This document shows, piece after piece, positions 1 to 11,122 of a DNA stretch of 64,000 nucleotides. Source of the stretch: Candidatus Fermentithermobacillaceae bacterium (GTDB lineage: Bacteria > Bacillota > Sulfobacillia > Fermentithermobacillales > DUSS01); the NCBI GenBank assembly GCA_012842495.1, contig DUSS01000016.1:6136-70135 (forward strand), written 5' to 3'. The notes under the pieces are model-generated. The model worked only from the letters and a program-made list of their open reading frames with translations, was not told where the DNA came from and did no database searches. A program made the translations under genes and the position numbers. Each line of letters begins with the position of its first letter. Within the stretch, counting starts at the first letter, position 1.

Positions 1-473
1 GGGCTTATGGTGTAGCACACGGTGCCCTGGACATGCGCCCCCGCCTTTTTGGCCGCCTCGAAAGCTTTTTCCATGTTCCTGGGGTCGTTCAGGGCGTCGA
101 ATATCCTCATTATGGAGATGCCGTTGTCCACCGCTTTCTTTACGAACGCCTCGACCACATCGTCGGGGTAATGCCTGTAACCTACCAGGTTCTGGCCTCG
201 CAGCAGCATTTGAAGGGGCGTCTTCTTGAAGCGTTTCTTCAAAAGCCTGAGTCTTTCCCACGGGTCTTCCGAGAGGAACCTCAGGCAGGTATCAAACGTG
301 GCTCCTCCCCATACCTCTACCGAGTGGAATCCTACCGCGTCCATCTTTTCTATGATGGGGAGCATATCTTCGGTTTTCATCCTGGTGGCCAGAAGCGACT
401 GGTGGGCGTCGCGCAGGGTGGTATCGGTGATGCCCGTCTTCTTCTTTACCTTAACATCGCCTTTGCCCTGCAA
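1..473 (-). CDS. Oxaloacetate decarboxylase alpha subunit / pyruvate carboxylase subunit B (carboxyltransferase 5S-type), N-terminal part; the gene continues beyond the window start
   Basis: The reverse-strand translation from a TTG at 473 reads [38 protein letters not shown]...[37 protein letters not shown], the HMGL-like TIM-barrel N-terminus typical of OadA/PycB. GGAGG lies 8 nt upstream of the TTG. The gene is absent from the ORF track because it runs off the window edge. Confidence 0.75.
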   Translation of the reverse strand, partial: MQGKGDVKVKKKTGITDTTLRDAHQSLLATRMKTEDMLPIIEKMDAVGFHSVEVWGGATFDTCLRFLSEDPWERLRLLKKRFKKTPLQMLLRGQNLVGYRHYPDDVVEAFVKKAVDNGISIMRIFDALNDPRNMEKAFEAAKKAGAHVQGTVCYTIS

Positions 474-524
474 GGTGTTTTCCTCCCCTCACGACTATGC
501 TCGGAGACTACGCTCCTTCTTGAG

Positions 525-552
525 ACTGTACTCTCTCGACACTGTACTCTCT
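525..552. repeat. Two perfect 12-bp direct repeats (ACTGTACTCTCT) separated by 4 bp, in the intergenic region between the pyrG stop and the oadA/pycB start
   Basis: Seen directly: actgtactctct cgac actgtactctct at 525-536 and 541-552. Confidence 0.6.
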
Positions 553-585
553 TTCAATTCGGCCCGTTTCGGACCGCCGTGCCTC

Positions 586-2656
<2,071 letters not shown>

Positions 2657-2691
2657 CCCCAACCTTTCCGCCGTAACCTTAATCCCAAGTA

Positions 2692-2720
2692 ATTTTACTC
2701 ATCCACCCAGGGGGCATCAA
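2692..2720 (-). promoter_or_regulatory. Sigma-A-type promoter for rpoE: -35 TTGATG, 17-nt spacer, -10 TAAAAT
   Basis: The minus strand reads gtaTTGATGccccctgggtggatgagTAAAATtacttgg, about 35 nt upstream of the rpoE start. Confidence 0.4.
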
Positions 2721-2772
2721 TACGACTTTCCGGAATGCAGCACGCTCCGTTCCATGCTACATTTCTGGAGCG

Positions 2773-3555
2773 TCAAACGCCCTTCCGCTTCAGGACTTCC
2801 TGGGCAAGATATGAGGCCACTTCCGAGGGCTTCGTGCCCGGCCCGAATCCCGCATCATAACCGAGCTCCACAGCCAGCGCATGGCTGAGCCTTGGTCCGC
2901 CGCACACCAGCACCACGTCGTCCCGGAGCCCCTCAGCTTCCAAAAGCTCGACGAGGGCGGTAAGGTTTGAGATGTGGACGTTTCTCTGGGTGACCACCTG
3001 CGAGACCAAAACCGCATCGGCCCGGAGTTCCCGGGCTCGAGCTACCAGATCCCTGTTTTCCACCTGGCTTCCCATGTTCACCACCCGGAAGGCGCTGTAG
3101 GCCTCGAGCCCATGGTCGCCTGCGTATCCCTTGTAGTTCAGGATGGCGTCGAGCCCGATGGTGTGGGCGTCCGTCCCGGTAGCTGCCCCCACCACGACGA
3201 TGGGCCGTCCCAGACGCTCCCGCACCATCTTGTTGATGGTCTCGGGGTCGAGCTTCTCCCACGGAAGCTTCGCCACTTTGAGGTTGTCGAGGTCCACCGG
3301 TCTCAAAAGCTTGCCGTATCCGACGAAGAACGTGAAGGAAGGCCCCAGGGGTTCCGAGGCCACTATCTGCGCGTCCGTAAGTCCCATGAGCTTCATGACC
3401 TGCCGGCCTGCTTCTTCCGCCTCCGGCCCGTCGGGAAGCTCCAGCGTGAAACTTACCTGTACCATGCCATCGCCGTGCCTGTCTCCATACGGCAGTATTT
3501 TCCCCCGGGATAACTGGCGCTTCTCCGTTACGGGGTTAGCTCCATCGACCATCAT
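2773..3555 (-). CDS. kamE: Lysine 5,6-aminomutase beta subunit (B12-binding)
   Basis: It carries the DxHxxG cobalamin motif (GTDAHTIGLDAI) and near-colinear similarity to C. sticklandii KamE (PYGD..GxVQxSFTL, LLCGGPR, GYDAGFGPG). The start is set at the ATG ATG at 3555/3552, with GGGGGGAGGA 6 nt upstream. Confidence 0.9.
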   Translation of the reverse strand: MMVDGANPVTEKRQLSRGKILPYGDRHGDGMVQVSFTLELPDGPEAEEAGRQVMKLMGLTDAQIVASEPLGPSFTFFVGYGKLLRPVDLDNLKVAKLPWEKLDPETINKMVRERLGRPIVVVGAATGTDAHTIGLDAILNYKGYAGDHGLEAYSAFRVVNMGSQVENRDLVARARELRADAVLVSQVVTQRNVHISNLTALVELLEAEGLRDDVVLVCGGPRLSHALAVELGYDAGFGPGTKPSEVASYLAQEVLKRKGV

Positions 3556-3671
3556 TCCGAATCCTCCCCCCTCTTGTGAAATTCCTGCACCTTGCCCCCA
3601 ATCCAGGGGCCGGAACTGGTCGTCGTATAGGACCCCTTGACACCCTCCCCATCTGTCCTGCGTCGACACCG

Positions 3672-5270
3672 CTATTCAACAAGAAACTCTCTACTATGGC
3701 GATCTCTTCCGGAGAGGATTTCATCGAAGGGATTGAAATAGCGGGCGCTCTTCTTGAAGACGCCCTCGCGCCCCCGTCCACCGTGCCGGTCTCTCTTCAC
3801 CCCTGCGAAGACCCCCTCTTCGATGGCGGCGAAGAGGCCGACATGTTTCACGCGCTCAAGGACTTCTTTGGCCGACAGAAGAAGGCTCTGGGCTCTTTTT
3901 TCGACGAGTTCTCCCGGTACCAGTGAAAGATTGTCCGAAAGACCCCTCGACGCTTCCCGCACGTATTTCGCCGACTGAATGGACAAGAACCGGTCGTGGA
4001 GGAACGGGGTATGCACCGCTTCGGTGAGCATCCCCACAAGGTGGATAGACTGCCCGGTCAGGCAGGCTACCAGGTTGTACATGGTATCGAGAGCATGGGC
4101 GAAGAAGATGTTCCCATCTTTGTGGACCGTGGGAGGCATGTACTTCACAGGACAGCTGGGGAAGCATTGCCTGACCAGCAGCGCCATGGCTATCTCGTAG
4201 AGAAGGCTCGACTCGAGCCACGGATCGATCTGAAAAGCGTGACCGAGCCCTATCTGCTCGTCGGGAATTCCCGCCATTCTGGCGAAGTGGAGGTTGATGA
4301 ATTCCGAAGCCAGCACCTGCGGACCGTGGTGGAAGGCATCCACTGTGGTGAGATAGTTGTCTTCGCCTGTGTTTATGATGATCCCCGAAAGACCGTTTAT
4401 CATTCGGGAAAATCGCTGGTCTATAAGAGTTCTTTCCATGTTGATGTCTCTGAAAAGGATGCCGTACATAGCGTCGTTGAGCATCACGTCCAGGCGCTCA
4501 AAGGCTCCCATGGTCGCTATCTCCGGCATGCACAGGCCTGAGCAGTAGTTTACCAGCCTGATGTACCGTCCCAGTTTCTCGCTTTCTTCGTCCAGCGCTT
4601 TTCTCATCAACCTGAAGTTTTCCTGCGTTGCGTAAGTCCCCCCGTATCCTTCGGTGGTCGGCCCGTACGGAACGAAATCCATGAGGCTCTGGCCGGTCGA
4701 TCTTATTACGGCGATGATGTCCGCCCCCTGAGATGCTGCCATCCTGGCCTGAACGACGTCTTCGTAAATGTTTCCGGTAGCCACGATCACATAGAGCCAC
4801 GGCTGACGCGACTGGCCCAGTCTTGAAATGAGCTCTTCCCGTTCCCTCCGTCTCGTCAGTATCCTTTCGATTGCCCGGCGCGCGAGCTCCCTCGCTTTGG
4901 CTTCCGCTTCCTGACGGGAACGGTCGGGGATAGACGCGAGATCGAGCCGTCCGCCAGCTACGGCTTCGGCCACGTCCTGCGGTTCGCCCCCGGTTTCAAG
5001 GCAAGCCTTGGCCAGGTGGATGGCGACGCCGTCCTCCAGCCCTCCGGAACGGGAAAGAGCATCTACCACTACATTAGGCAGCGGCGACCCCGCAGAATCT
5101 ACTCCGTCTATCCCGAAAAGCCTGGCGACGGCCCTCTCCACCGCCACGGTGCTGAGACCTTCCAGCTCTTTCCATACCTTTTCGGCGATGGCCTGTGCGC
5201 TCTCGTGGCAGGCAGCGATCGCGTCGGGATCGAGATTGAGTCTCAATCGTCCGGGCGAGTTCATGTTCAT
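3672..5270 (-). CDS. kamD: Lysine 5,6-aminomutase alpha subunit
   Basis: It is near full-length colinear with KamD (LYVIVATGNIYEDVVQA, GTYATQENFRLMR, NYCSGLCMPEIA, INTGEDNYLTTVDAF, KYMPPT, GMLTEAVHTPF). AGGGAGGAG lies 5 nt before the ATG. The stop of the upstream gene (5267-5269) abuts the start codon. Confidence 0.9.
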   Translation of the reverse strand: MNMNSPGRLRLNLDPDAIAACHESAQAIAEKVWKELEGLSTVAVERAVARLFGIDGVDSAGSPLPNVVVDALSRSGGLEDGVAIHLAKACLETGGEPQDVAEAVAGGRLDLASIPDRSRQEAEAKARELARRAIERILTRRREREELISRLGQSRQPWLYVIVATGNIYEDVVQARMAASQGADIIAVIRSTGQSLMDFVPYGPTTEGYGGTYATQENFRLMRKALDEESEKLGRYIRLVNYCSGLCMPEIATMGAFERLDVMLNDAMYGILFRDINMERTLIDQRFSRMINGLSGIIINTGEDNYLTTVDAFHHGPQVLASEFINLHFARMAGIPDEQIGLGHAFQIDPWLESSLLYEIAMALLVRQCFPSCPVKYMPPTVHKDGNIFFAHALDTMYNLVACLTGQSIHLVGMLTEAVHTPFLHDRFLSIQSAKYVREASRGLSDNLSLVPGELVEKRAQSLLLSAKEVLERVKHVGLFAAIEEGVFAGVKRDRHGGRGREGVFKKSARYFNPFDEILSGRDRHSREFLVE

Positions 5271-6733
5271 GGTTTCTCCTCCCTTATTGGCAGTCTCCGG
5301 AAACGGCCGGCGATGATCGCCTCGGCGGCTTCAACTATCTCCCGGTCCAGCCCGAGAAGCCTTGACACCAGGAGCGCGTCGTGGGGGACTGAAGCATCCG
5401 GGCTCACCCTGGTGAGGCGGTAGTCCATATGGTCGTAAAGCCACTTCATTCCTTCCTCCAGGGCCTCTTTGCCGTTGGCCTCGGTGAAGAAGGCGAGGTC
5501 CAGCCCCTCCGAGACGAGCCCCCGCACCTGCCAGTGGTCGGCACCGGTAAGCGCCGACAATCCTCCGTAATGCGTGGTGGCCAGGACGCGGCATGCTGAG
5601 TTTTCCGGCGAAGCGAGATAGGTGAGGAGAGCTGCGTACAGGGCCAGTCCCTGGGCCGGATTCGTACCGCTGCCCATTTCGTCTAAGAGCAAGAGTCCTC
5701 GCTCTTTTCGCCGGGCCAGGGCGGCCTTCACTCCCACGATTTCCACGGCGAAGCTGGACAGCCCCGGTTTTTCTTCGGGCTGGGATGAAAAGTATACGAA
5801 GTCGCATAAAGAAAAAGACATTTCCTTGGCGGGCACGAGCATACCCCATTGGGCTAAAGCTACGGAGAGTCCGACCGTCGCCAGGGTGACGGTCTTTCCG
5901 CCCATGTTGGGGCCGGTGATTACGGTGACGGGCGAGGTGAGGGTGATGGATACCGGCTGAAACCTGCCGCCCCTTGACTCAACTTCTTCCCTGACCAGCG
6001 GATGCCATGCGCCCTCGAGCCTGAGGGGGACCGGACCGTCCGCTATCTCGGGGACGACGCCTGGCCAATCCATGCAAACTGCAGCTCTGGCCAGGAGGAA
6101 GTCGATCTCCCCCAATGCGTCCAGGGCTTTTTCGAGGTCGCCGGTGCTCTCGGCGATCTTTCTCGAAAGGGTAGCCCTGACCTTTTCCTCGGCCTGAGCT
6201 TCCTTTTGCCTCAAACGGGCGATTTCCCGCTCGAGTTTGACCGCTTCCTGGGTGGCTTTCAAACGAAAGTGAACGTGAGTGAGGGTTTCCCTGGTTTCGC
6301 CGAGCTCCGGCATCAGCCTGGCTTTCTCGATGAGGTCCTTCTGGGTCAGACGGATCGCTATTTCCTCATGAAGCCCGGGACGCCTTCCGAGGATCTTTTC
6401 CACCCGGGAAGCTTCCTCTGCCATGATGGTGCGCCAATCCCGCTCTTTGCGTTTTCTTTCCTGGCGAATCCTCGCAAGTTCCGGAGAATAGGAGTCATGG
6501 ACGTAGAAGGAGAGCTGGCTTGTGGCACCCGGGAAAATTTCCTTTTCTACGCTCTTCAGGTCGGGTATCTCGAAGCACGCGGGCCACTGAAGACCCGTTT
6601 CCATAAGCGCTTCCCTGGCCTGCCGTGCTGACCAGGTCAGATTCCCGATAAGGAAAAGCTCGGCAGAGGACAGGACTGCGCCTTCTTTGGCTCGGTCCAG
6701 TGCCTCGACCGGGTCTTTCAGCCCCTCCAGCAC
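5267..6733 (-). CDS. MutS2-like ATPase (MutS domain V; no Smr domain); the N-terminus is probably incomplete as called (see findings)
   Basis: It has a Walker A VITGPNMGGKTV and an LLLDEMGSGT motif typical of MutS domain V, preceded by a coiled-coil lever region. The ORF-track start is a GTG at 6733 with no Shine-Dalgarno sequence. The 276 nt upstream are in frame, stop-free and protein-like. Confidence 0.7.
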   Translation of the reverse strand: MLEGLKDPVEALDRAKEGAVLSSAELFLIGNLTWSARQAREALMETGLQWPACFEIPDLKSVEKEIFPGATSQLSFYVHDSYSPELARIRQERKRKERDWRTIMAEEASRVEKILGRRPGLHEEIAIRLTQKDLIEKARLMPELGETRETLTHVHFRLKATQEAVKLEREIARLRQKEAQAEEKVRATLSRKIAESTGDLEKALDALGEIDFLLARAAVCMDWPGVVPEIADGPVPLRLEGAWHPLVREEVESRGGRFQPVSITLTSPVTVITGPNMGGKTVTLATVGLSVALAQWGMLVPAKEMSFSLCDFVYFSSQPEEKPGLSSFAVEIVGVKAALARRKERGLLLLDEMGSGTNPAQGLALYAALLTYLASPENSACRVLATTHYGGLSALTGADHWQVRGLVSEGLDLAFFTEANGKEALEEGMKWLYDHMDYRLTRVSPDASVPHDALLVSRLLGLDREIVEAAEAIIAGRFRRLPIREEKP

Positions 6734-7009
6734 GGCCAGGAGCTTCGAGTAGGGCCCCGGATGTTCCCGCCAGTTATCCGAGACCGCCTTGAGAAACGAA
6801 AGTTCCTCCCTTAGTTCCTTCTCCTCTCCGGGAAAGCGCGGGCGCGCCTGCGATTTCTTTCTCCTACCCGCTTGAGACCTGGGAGCTACTTCCTTCCATA
6901 TGGCAGAAAACCCGATGACTTCTTCGGTGGAGTCCCCTTGAAAGAAATCCTCCCTGCTCTTCGGTCCCCTCTGAGACGCAAGAGCTGCTCTTTCCGTTAC
7001 CCCGCCATT

Positions 7010-8347
7010 TCAAGCAACCTCCTCCCAAAACGACTCTCCGGACACCACGTCGAAAACGGGAACGGGCTTAACCTTCTCGCCGATATAGCGCACGAGTTTT
7101 CTCGGTTCGTACACCATTTCCCCCGAGGAACAGGGATTTATCGTCACCGCCAGGACCCTGCCGCGCTCGAGCACTCTGAGCTGTCCTCCCGTTCTCTCCA
7201 AAGGAACGGCCTGCTCACGACGGAACATTGCGCAGGACGGATCCCTCATCACCAGGTAGAACGGCAGCCGCTCCGGGGAGCTCGACCCCGCCCTGTCCGC
7301 AACGAGCCGGCCCTCCCTGGTTCCGTCCAGTATGGCTAGTGCCCTGTCTACCTCCAGTAGCGGGTTCCGGCCGGACTTCGTTCCCTCGTGGCTCCTGCCA
7401 CAGCGTGACCCAGCGGTCGCACCCGGACCGCGGTGAATCCCTCCGCGCGCTCCCGCTCTTAACTGCGCGAGGCTAGCCGTCACTTCCTGAAGGAGAACCC
7501 TGTCCACGGAACCGGGAACGACCAGGGCGAGGGTGCTTTCATCGATTTCTTGGGCGATGTCTTCCTCGTAGTTCAGCGCGGTCGGGTATTCGGTGAATAC
7601 CAGCACCGGTCGACCGGGAGCATCCCCGCGTCCGGAACCCCCAAGCTTGAGCAGCGCGACCCTTTCTTTTTCGACCGCTCGCGCCCCAAGCTTCGCCACC
7701 AGGGCGTCCTCAAGCTCGGGAAGGGACCAGGCCCAGACCAAAGACTCGAGGGTTTCGACCATGGAATTCAGGTCGTCGGCGGAAGAAGCCCCGGTCGCGA
7801 GGATACAAGCCTCCGTGACCAGCGGGCTTGCGGCAGCTTTGCGATCGAGGGCACCGTCCACCAGCACGATATCCGCGCCGTAGGCCAGAAATTTCTTGAC
7901 GGCTGACGAGAGCTGCCTGGCACTCCTCGGGCCCATGAGTTCAGCCAGTCCGGGTTCGACCACCCTGCCGAGAACGAGGCGCCCGAAGACTCCGGGCCTT
8001 TCCCAAACGTCCACCACCTCCAGGGAGATGGAGGCGCCTTCGAGGAAGGCCTCGGCAGTGGCAACCCACGATCCCCGCGGCAGGTATACCTGGGGTTTGG
8101 GCTCGCCCGTCAGCACATCGACCCGTTCGCCGTCTCTGCCGCTGCTCAAAAGGCCAAGCGTGTATCCGCGCGAGGAAAGCTCGCCCACGAGGTAATTCAA
8201 GGTGACGGTCTTACCAACGTTCTTCGCCGTTCCCACTATGGCGATGGACCTCGCTCCGCTTTCGAGGACTACGTCGGCCAGATCCACGAAAGCCACCTCC
8301 TCTCCCTCCGTTCGAAATCGCGCCAAAACCCGTGCGCCGGTGCGCAC
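7010..8347 (-). CDS. Uncharacterised protein with a dethiobiotin-synthetase-like P-loop (GTAKNVGKT, similar to BioD GTDTEVGKT), embedded in the lysine aminomutase operon
   Basis: The motif IAIVGTAKNVGKTVTLNYL followed by DIVLVDGALD resembles the DTBS/CobQ-type nucleotide-binding fold. It lies between kamA and the MutS2-like gene. It ends with a TGA that is in frame with the downstream MutS2-like ORF. Confidence 0.6.
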   Translation of the reverse strand: MRTGARVLARFRTEGEEVAFVDLADVVLESGARSIAIVGTAKNVGKTVTLNYLVGELSSRGYTLGLLSSGRDGERVDVLTGEPKPQVYLPRGSWVATAEAFLEGASISLEVVDVWERPGVFGRLVLGRVVEPGLAELMGPRSARQLSSAVKKFLAYGADIVLVDGALDRKAAASPLVTEACILATGASSADDLNSMVETLESLVWAWSLPELEDALVAKLGARAVEKERVALLKLGGSGRGDAPGRPVLVFTEYPTALNYEEDIAQEIDESTLALVVPGSVDRVLLQEVTASLAQLRAGARGGIHRGPGATAGSRCGRSHEGTKSGRNPLLEVDRALAILDGTREGRLVADRAGSSSPERLPFYLVMRDPSCAMFRREQAVPLERTGGQLRVLERGRVLAVTINPCSSGEMVYEPRKLVRYIGEKVKPVPVFDVVSGESFWEEVA

Positions 8348-8395
8348 GTTCCGGATACCCGCGCTATCCAGCGCGTGCGGGCTGCCCGCTCGTTT

Positions 8396-9688
8396 TCAGT
8401 CCACGCCCGGGCAGCTTCGGTTTCCGCCGCGCTTCCGCCTGAGGATCCTCTCCGTCCCTTCAGGAACCAAACTCACGGCTTTACCCGCCAAAAGTCCCGC
8501 CACGCCCAGAGTGCCTTTGTGATCGGTTCCGCACAGGGTGCAAACCCCTCCCGGACCCTTTGATTCGCCGGGGTCGTAACGGGGCTCACGGTAAACCGAA
8601 ATGACCCCCTCGTAGTTGCGGACTACCACAGAATCTTCGCCCATCGCCAAGATGTACTGGGGGGAAAGCGGGATCTTACCGCCGCCGCCGGGGGCGTCCA
8701 CCACGTAGGTAGGCACGGCGAATCCCGAGGTGTGACCCCTCAGGTTCTCCATGATCTCGAGCCCCTGCCTTATGGTGGTGCGGAACCTCTCAAGCCCCCA
8801 CGTCAGGTCGCACTGATAGATGTAGTAGGGTCGCACGCGGATCTTCAGCAAGCCGTGGACGAGTTTCTTCATCACGACGGGGCAGTTATTGACTCCCCTC
8901 AAGAGCACCGTCTGGTTGCCCAGGGGTATCCCGGCGTCCGCCAGCATGGCGCAGGCTCGGGAAGACTCCGGGGTTATCTCCTTCGGGTGGTTGAAATGGG
9001 TGTTCACGTACAGCGGATGGTACTTCTTAAGCATGGAGACGAGCTCTTCCGTAATCCTCTGGGGCATCACCACCGGGGTCCTGGTTCCTATGCGAATGAC
9101 CTCCACGTGAGGGATTTCCCGAAGAGGTTTGATGATCGACTCGAGCTTGGCATCCGACAGCGTGAAGGGATCTCCTCCGGAAATGAGGACGTCCCGTACC
9201 TCTTTGTGTTGCCTCAGATATTCGATCCCCGCCTGTATCCTCTCGGGAGGCGCTGGCCTGTCCGTCACCCCTACCACCCTACGGCGGGTGCAATGCCGGC
9301 AGTACATCGAGCACTGCTCAGTCACGAGAAAGAGCACGCGGTCGGGATACCTGTGGGTTAGTCCGGGGACGGGTGAATCTGCATCTTCATCCAGGGGATC
9401 TGCGAACTCCCAGGGCATGATCTCGGCTTCGGAACCCCTCGGGATGGCCTGAAGCCGTATGGGACAGCTCTCGTCCTCGGGGTCCATCAAACTGGCATAA
9501 TAAGGGGTTATAGCCATTCGAACCCGGGTGAGCGCCTTCAAGACCCCTTCCCGGGCTTCCGGAGTTAGATTCACCACTTGAGCCAGGGCTTCCGGACTCT
9601 CGATGCGGTTCGCCCATTGCCAGTGCCAGTCGTTCCACTGACTTTCCGTGACGTCTTTGAACAAGGGTATCTCTTTCCAGTTTCTCAA
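8396..9688 (-). CDS. kamA: Lysine 2,3-aminomutase (radical SAM)
   Basis: It has the CSMYCRHCTRR radical-SAM cluster motif and KamA-family colinearity (YPDRVLFLVTEQC, LISGGDP, HFNHPKEIT). Confidence 0.9.
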   Translation of the reverse strand: MRNWKEIPLFKDVTESQWNDWHWQWANRIESPEALAQVVNLTPEAREGVLKALTRVRMAITPYYASLMDPEDESCPIRLQAIPRGSEAEIMPWEFADPLDEDADSPVPGLTHRYPDRVLFLVTEQCSMYCRHCTRRRVVGVTDRPAPPERIQAGIEYLRQHKEVRDVLISGGDPFTLSDAKLESIIKPLREIPHVEVIRIGTRTPVVMPQRITEELVSMLKKYHPLYVNTHFNHPKEITPESSRACAMLADAGIPLGNQTVLLRGVNNCPVVMKKLVHGLLKIRVRPYYIYQCDLTWGLERFRTTIRQGLEIMENLRGHTSGFAVPTYVVDAPGGGGKIPLSPQYILAMGEDSVVVRNYEGVISVYREPRYDPGESKGPGGVCTLCGTDHKGTLGVAGLLAGKAVSLVPEGTERILRRKRGGNRSCPGVD

Positions 9689-9752
9689 GTCGACGACGCC
9701 TCCTTGAACCAGGGGAAGAAAGACAACTCGAAAACCAGCAAGCGGCCGGCAA

Positions 9753-10856
9753 TCAGCTCAGGAACATCTCCTCCAGAATCTTCCTGAGCGCCGGCGCTTT
9801 GCGTATCAAATCCAGTGCCGCCCTGGAGTGACCCACGGCGTATCCATTACCTATGATGAGCTCCACGTCGGCAGCAACCCCCTCGGCGCCCAGCGCCGCA
9901 GCGGTGAAACTCGTGGCCATCGAGAAGAAATAGACCTTGCCCCGCTCTTTCGTGGAAAGGATCGACGCCATCTCGGTGCCAGGAACGTTGACGCAATTGA
10001 TGGTCACATCCGCCTTCCGGCCACCGTTGGCCTCCATAACCTTCTTCATGGTCCCGACGGCGTCGCTGGCGTCTCCCTGGATGACCACGTAACGGTCGCC
10101 CAGTGCCCGGGCACGTCTCAGAGATGCTTCGGAGTGAGCAAGGCCGATTACTCTCCCGCCCGGCCCGACCTTCTCGCCCGCTACATACATGCATATGAGG
10201 CCGGACTTGCCACCGGCTCCCAGGACGAGCACGGAGTCTCCCTCTTTGACCAGCCTCTCGGTTTGAACCGGCGCTCCAGCCACGTCCAACACCGCTAGGG
10301 CCAGTCGCTGGTCGATGTCTCGGGGAATTACGGCGAAAGGCGCAGTCTCGAAAATTACCGCGGTCCCCTCCACATCCACCTGGTCCTTATCGAGATAAAC
10401 CTTTTTGATCGCTTTGAGGTTAAGGGGGGTAAGGCTCAAGGAGGCTTGCGTCGCGATGAGCTCTCCCTCTTTTGCGCCCTCCCGCCCCCGCACCTTATCT
10501 CCGAAACGAGCGATGGTGCCGAGGAGCATTCCGCCAGACCCGGTGACGGGGTTGTGCATCTTTCCCCTCCGGGCCACGATATCCATGATGGAACGGGCTA
10601 CAGCTTCCTCCAGTTCAAACCGGGAAGGATCCGATTTTCCCCTCTCCCGGAGATCCTTTTTTGCCGCCTCTGCGAGCTGCTTGAAGCTGGCTGCATCTAT
10701 GTTCAGCGTCTTCACGTCTACGAGGATCTCGTTGTCGTATATCTCCTCGCTGGGGTCGATCTTCCATGCTGCCTGCGGAAGAACGCCTTTGGGTTCTATA
10801 ACCCTGTGAGTTCCGTAAGGGCATCCCCCTGTCCGAACCGCCCTGTACTCGACCAT
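9753..10856 (-). CDS. kdd: L-erythro-3,5-diaminohexanoate dehydrogenase
   Basis: It carries CPYGTHRVIEPKGVLPQAAWKID...EIYDNEILVDV, resembling the Kdd N-terminus, plus a Rossmann motif VLGAGGKSGL. The start is set at the ATG at 10856, with GGAGGAGGG 7 nt upstream. The ORF-track N-terminal 15 aa is not used. Confidence 0.85.
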   Translation of the reverse strand: MVEYRAVRTGGCPYGTHRVIEPKGVLPQAAWKIDPSEEIYDNEILVDVKTLNIDAASFKQLAEAAKKDLRERGKSDPSRFELEEAVARSIMDIVARRGKMHNPVTGSGGMLLGTIARFGDKVRGREGAKEGELIATQASLSLTPLNLKAIKKVYLDKDQVDVEGTAVIFETAPFAVIPRDIDQRLALAVLDVAGAPVQTERLVKEGDSVLVLGAGGKSGLICMYVAGEKVGPGGRVIGLAHSEASLRRARALGDRYVVIQGDASDAVGTMKKVMEANGGRKADVTINCVNVPGTEMASILSTKERGKVYFFSMATSFTAAALGAEGVAADVELIIGNGYAVGHSRAALDLIRKAPALRKILEEMFLS

Positions 10857-11122
10857 CTTCTTTCCCTCCTCCTGCCTAACCCCGTGAGGCTCCAAGCGCA
10901 TCTTCTCTCCGGGCCTCGTCGGTCAACGACCGGCGCCCCAATCCTGACCTGGCTCGCCGCTGGGAAACTCGGGCCCTCGCCCGTGACAAACTGTACCCAC
11001 TGGTCAGCCGGGCCGGTTTGGTCTCAGCCGCGACTTCGGCACCGGCTCTCGTCGAACCCGGCCAGAGACCCGGACCGTACCGCCTCGTTCAAAGCTAGGG
11101 GTTCCCGAGCTTATCGCTACGA

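Noticed and set aside
7010-7012. Selenocysteine insertion at the in-frame TGA
   Set aside because: It is not rejected outright. However, no SECIS-like stem-loop with the expected geometry was found, and no Sec machinery genes are in the window, so it is not annotated as a selenoprotein.
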